NCBI GenBank assembly: GCA_009919265.1
Contig: RGCF01000004.1
Span: 6,185-70,184, forward strand
Length of the DNA: 64,000 nucleotides
From: Bacteroidota bacterium
Lineage (GTDB): Bacteria > Bacteroidota > Ignavibacteria > Kapaibacteriales > UBA961
Reading direction: 5' to 3'
The position numbers and the translations under genes are program-made. Under the pieces are notes generated by a model. The model searched no databases. It worked only from the letters and a program-made list of their open reading frames with translations, and was not told the origin of the DNA. Below are positions 61,631-64,000 of the stretch, piece by piece (position 1 is the stretch's first letter; each line of letters opens with the position of its first letter).

Positions 61631-62893
61631 TATATCAGCATATTTCTTAGAAAACAACCAAAGAAAACAAATCCCTGAAACAAAAAAGACAATTAAAGCA
61701 AACAAAGCAGATCTATAAGAACCACTAATCTGTAAGCTTATTCCAAAAAGCAATGGCCCCAACCAACTACTGCCTCTATCAGTAAGCTCATATAATCCAA
61801 AATATCTTGACTCACTTCCTGCTGGAATAATCTTTGAAAAGATTGAACGGGCCAAAGATTGACTACCACCAAGAACCATAGCGATGATTCCACTCAGAAC
61901 ATAAAAATGAATAGATGAACCAGGTGGTAAAAAAGCATAAGCGTACAGAATGATGCCCATCCAAAGAAATAAACTTACCATGAGCATATTCAAAGCAGAA
62001 GATGATTGAGCAAGTTTTCCAAACATCAAGGCACCAAAGACAGCTATGATTTGTACAAGCAAGATGGAGATTTGCAATGTTTCCAAAGGGAGATGTAATT
62101 CTTCGCTTCCAAATTGAGCCGCCATCGATATAACTGTTTGGATGCCATCATTGAACAATAAAAAAGCGATCAAAAACACCAATATCTTTGGTTGATGTAG
62201 AATATTCTTCAATGTTGCTAATGAAACAAATAAACCCTCGTTATTTCTCTCATGCTCTCTTTTTGGTATGTTCAAAAAAGGAACAAAGGTAAAGATTGCC
62301 CACCAAAACCCTGCCGAAGCAAGAGCGATTCGCACTGCTTGTCCGCCATCAATACCCAAAGATTCTCGTGACACATACAATCCGAGATTCAACAAAAGGA
62401 GCAGTCCTCCTCCTGCATATCCAATAGCAAAACCACGGGAAGAAACATGATCTCTATCCTCATGGGCGGCTACATCATTAAGCATTGCATTATAAGCCAC
62501 GATTGATGATCCATAAGCTCCATTTGCAATAATGAAAAGTAGAGCGCCCTGAAGTGCATTTCCTGCCTTGATCCAATACATACTCATTGTTGCTAATGAT
62601 CCAATAGCAGTGCAAGCAAGTATCACGAACCGTTTACCAAGAGGTCCATCAGAAGCATGCCCAATAAGAGGAAGCAATAAAAACTGGAAGAATACCGAAA
62701 GTGAAACAGCATAGGGGAACAGTGACTGTGGGGCTATGGGTATTCCAAAAGCGTACAAATACCCCATATTTCCAGCTTCGGTTAGAGCAATAGAAGTTAA
62801 ATATGGGCCAAGAAAAACCGTAATAACTGTTGTTGTGAAAGCAGAACTCGCCCAATCATACATATACCAAGCATATCGAGATTGCATTGACAT
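61619..62893 (-). CDS. MFS transporter (UMF1/Atg22-like)
   Basis: AWYMYDWASSAF, SSRGFAIGYAGG, FNDGIQT, GGSQSLARS; about 12 TMs. Confidence 0.88.
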   Translation of the reverse strand: MSMQSRYAWYMYDWASSAFTTTVITVFLGPYLTSIALTEAGNMGYLYAFGIPIAPQSLFPYAVSLSVFFQFLLLPLIGHASDGPLGKRFVILACTAIGSLATMSMYWIKAGNALQGALLFIIANGAYGSSIVAYNAMLNDVAAHEDRDHVSSRGFAIGYAGGGLLLLLNLGLYVSRESLGIDGGQAVRIALASAGFWWAIFTFVPFLNIPKREHERNNEGLFVSLATLKNILHQPKILVFLIAFLLFNDGIQTVISMAAQFGSEELHLPLETLQISILLVQIIAVFGALMFGKLAQSSSALNMLMVSLFLWMGIILYAYAFLPPGSSIHFYVLSGIIAMVLGGSQSLARSIFSKIIPAGSESRYFGLYELTDRGSSWLGPLLFGISLQISGSYRSALFALIVFFVSGICFLWLFSKKYADISKG

Positions 62894-63018
62894 AGAAAAT
62901 CCAGTATATCATAAAGTGTCTTGTAAATTACATTTTCTTTTGGATTTCAACTTGATAAGATATCGATACATAGCCCTCATGACATCATTTTTTTCTTGTC
63001 ATTGAAAGCCTAGTCTCG

Positions 63019-63026
63019 TATGTTTG
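63019..63026 (+). promoter_or_regulatory. Bacteroidota-type -7 element (TATGTTTG) upstream of ftsQ
   Basis: Exact TAnnTTTG match in the divergent intergenic region, in the same TCGTAT-x-TTTGC context as 55956-55967. Confidence 0.5.
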
Positions 63027-63151
63027 CCATTGAGTGTTTTTGCAGCATAAGAACATTCACCTTCATTTCACAATCGTGTATCTTCATAGTTTATGCAAAG
63101 GCTCTCCCTGAATAGTTGGGAGAACATATTGTATGCTATGCGGAATTTGTG

Positions 63152-63955
63152 ATGTCATTTACTCTTTTTTCACATAATGATGATGCTTCGGACATGAACC
63201 CTGAAGCAAGAGCTGGTGCGGTAAGTCAACTTATTGTTATTGGACTTGTCGTGATAGCTGTATTGATTCTGGCCATTCGGTGGAAATCAACTCAACATGT
63301 GCAATCAATAGTCATTGAGGGGGTAAAAGCACTAAGACATGAGGAAATTCTCGCAATGGCTTCCCTTACTATGGCAGACACAACCGAAAGTGCTTCATCG
63401 AAAAGACTGGCGATCATTCGAGATAAAATACGGAAGCACCCATATGTAAAAGATGTCATTGTTGAAAGTAATGGAATCAGAGGTTTGAAAATTACTGTCT
63501 TTGAGAAACAACCTTACATAGCTTTTCCGTCTTCATTGGGAAAAATCGATTATGTAGATTCAACTGGCACAGTTCTTCCCTATGAAAAATTTTCACATAC
63601 TTCGGATGTTCCAATTGTTCATGGGATTCATGATGGTTCAAAGATTGATCAGAAGATGCTTGTGAGCATCAAATCCATTATTGAAACCGCAAAATTGAAA
63701 GATATGGGTTTACAAGAACTATTATCTGAGATAGATATCGACAAGCAGGTCAATGAGTTTACATTCATCACAACTGATGGTGAAACACAGATCAAATTCG
63801 GCACACCGGAGAATATTGATCGAAAACTAGAAAAATTACGACTCTATATGCTGCATTCAGCAAATAGACAGGGTCATCCTACATATGTTGACATTCGTTG
63901 GAAAAATCAAGTAGTCATTGGGAAACAGCCCTTGCTTGCAAGCACCAATTCTTGA
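63152..63955 (+). CDS. ftsQ: Cell division protein FtsQ/DivIB
   Basis: Single TM, POTRA domain (HPYVKDV...LKITVFEKQP), KFG, YVDIRWKNQVV. Start uncertain (63116-63194). Confidence 0.85.
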   Translation: MSFTLFSHNDDASDMNPEARAGAVSQLIVIGLVVIAVLILAIRWKSTQHVQSIVIEGVKALRHEEILAMASLTMADTTESASSKRLAIIRDKIRKHPYVKDVIVESNGIRGLKITVFEKQPYIAFPSSLGKIDYVDSTGTVLPYEKFSHTSDVPIVHGIHDGSKIDQKMLVSIKSIIETAKLKDMGLQELLSEIDIDKQVNEFTFITTDGETQIKFGTPENIDRKLEKLRLYMLHSANRQGHPTYVDIRWKNQVVIGKQPLLASTNS

Positions 63956-63979
63956 TGATGATTTTTTAAGGATTTATCT

Positions 63980-64000
63980 ATGGCTACAGGTCAATACAAA
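63980..64000 (+). CDS. Start of the next gene (possibly ftsA), truncated
   Basis: AAGGA SD plus ATG at 63980; only 7 codons visible; identity inferred from synteny alone. Confidence 0.3.

Noticed and set aside
476-63005. Many 60-150 aa ORFs antisense to or nested in long genes (e.g. 476-661, 14569-14994, 29177-29632, 50243-50602)
   Set aside because: They are shadow frames of well-supported genes, with no recognisable motifs or translation signals.

Overview
AT-rich bacterial chromosomal window, densely coding, from the Bacteroidota/FCB radiation. Ca. Kapabacteria or an Ignavibacteria-related lineage is an inference from T9SS C-terminal domains, TAnnTTTG promoters, an OdhA-type E2-E1 fusion and HprK. 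1-15 kb (minus) is a single operon for a lipoprotein cytochrome c, an A2-type heme-copper oxidase (II, I, heme O synthase, III, IV, SCO), a CxxC microprotein and alternative complex III (actABCDEF), followed by a YncE/BtuG-like lipoprotein cut off at the window edge. The rest is mostly housekeeping: PTPS/folE/rnhB/pyrC, lptD, fused 2-oxoglutarate dehydrogenase, tRNA-Leu(TAA), arginase/hpf/hprK, a 1672-aa T9SS surface protein, E1alpha-purT-E1beta, an L,D-transpeptidase, nif3/Zn-ribbon/rnpB/miaE/fmt/rsmG, a DUF1800-DUF1501 pair, mltD, an IcmF C-terminal half, rimO, suhB/dapF/ruvC/Nudix/Fe-S D-lactate dehydrogenase, an MFS transporter and ftsQ. I saw no CRISPR array, prophage, transposase or defence system, and I cannot claim a clearly new multi-gene system. 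The best leads are: very dense D-(S/T)-X O-glycosylation sequons in exported proteins, a stand-alone IcmF fragment, a variant ACIII-oxidase electron-shuttle layout with a CxxC microprotein, the OdhA-like fusion, purT inserted between E1alpha and E1beta, and a Tat plus T9SS DUF1800/DUF1501 pair. All family calls come from motif recognition, not database searches.
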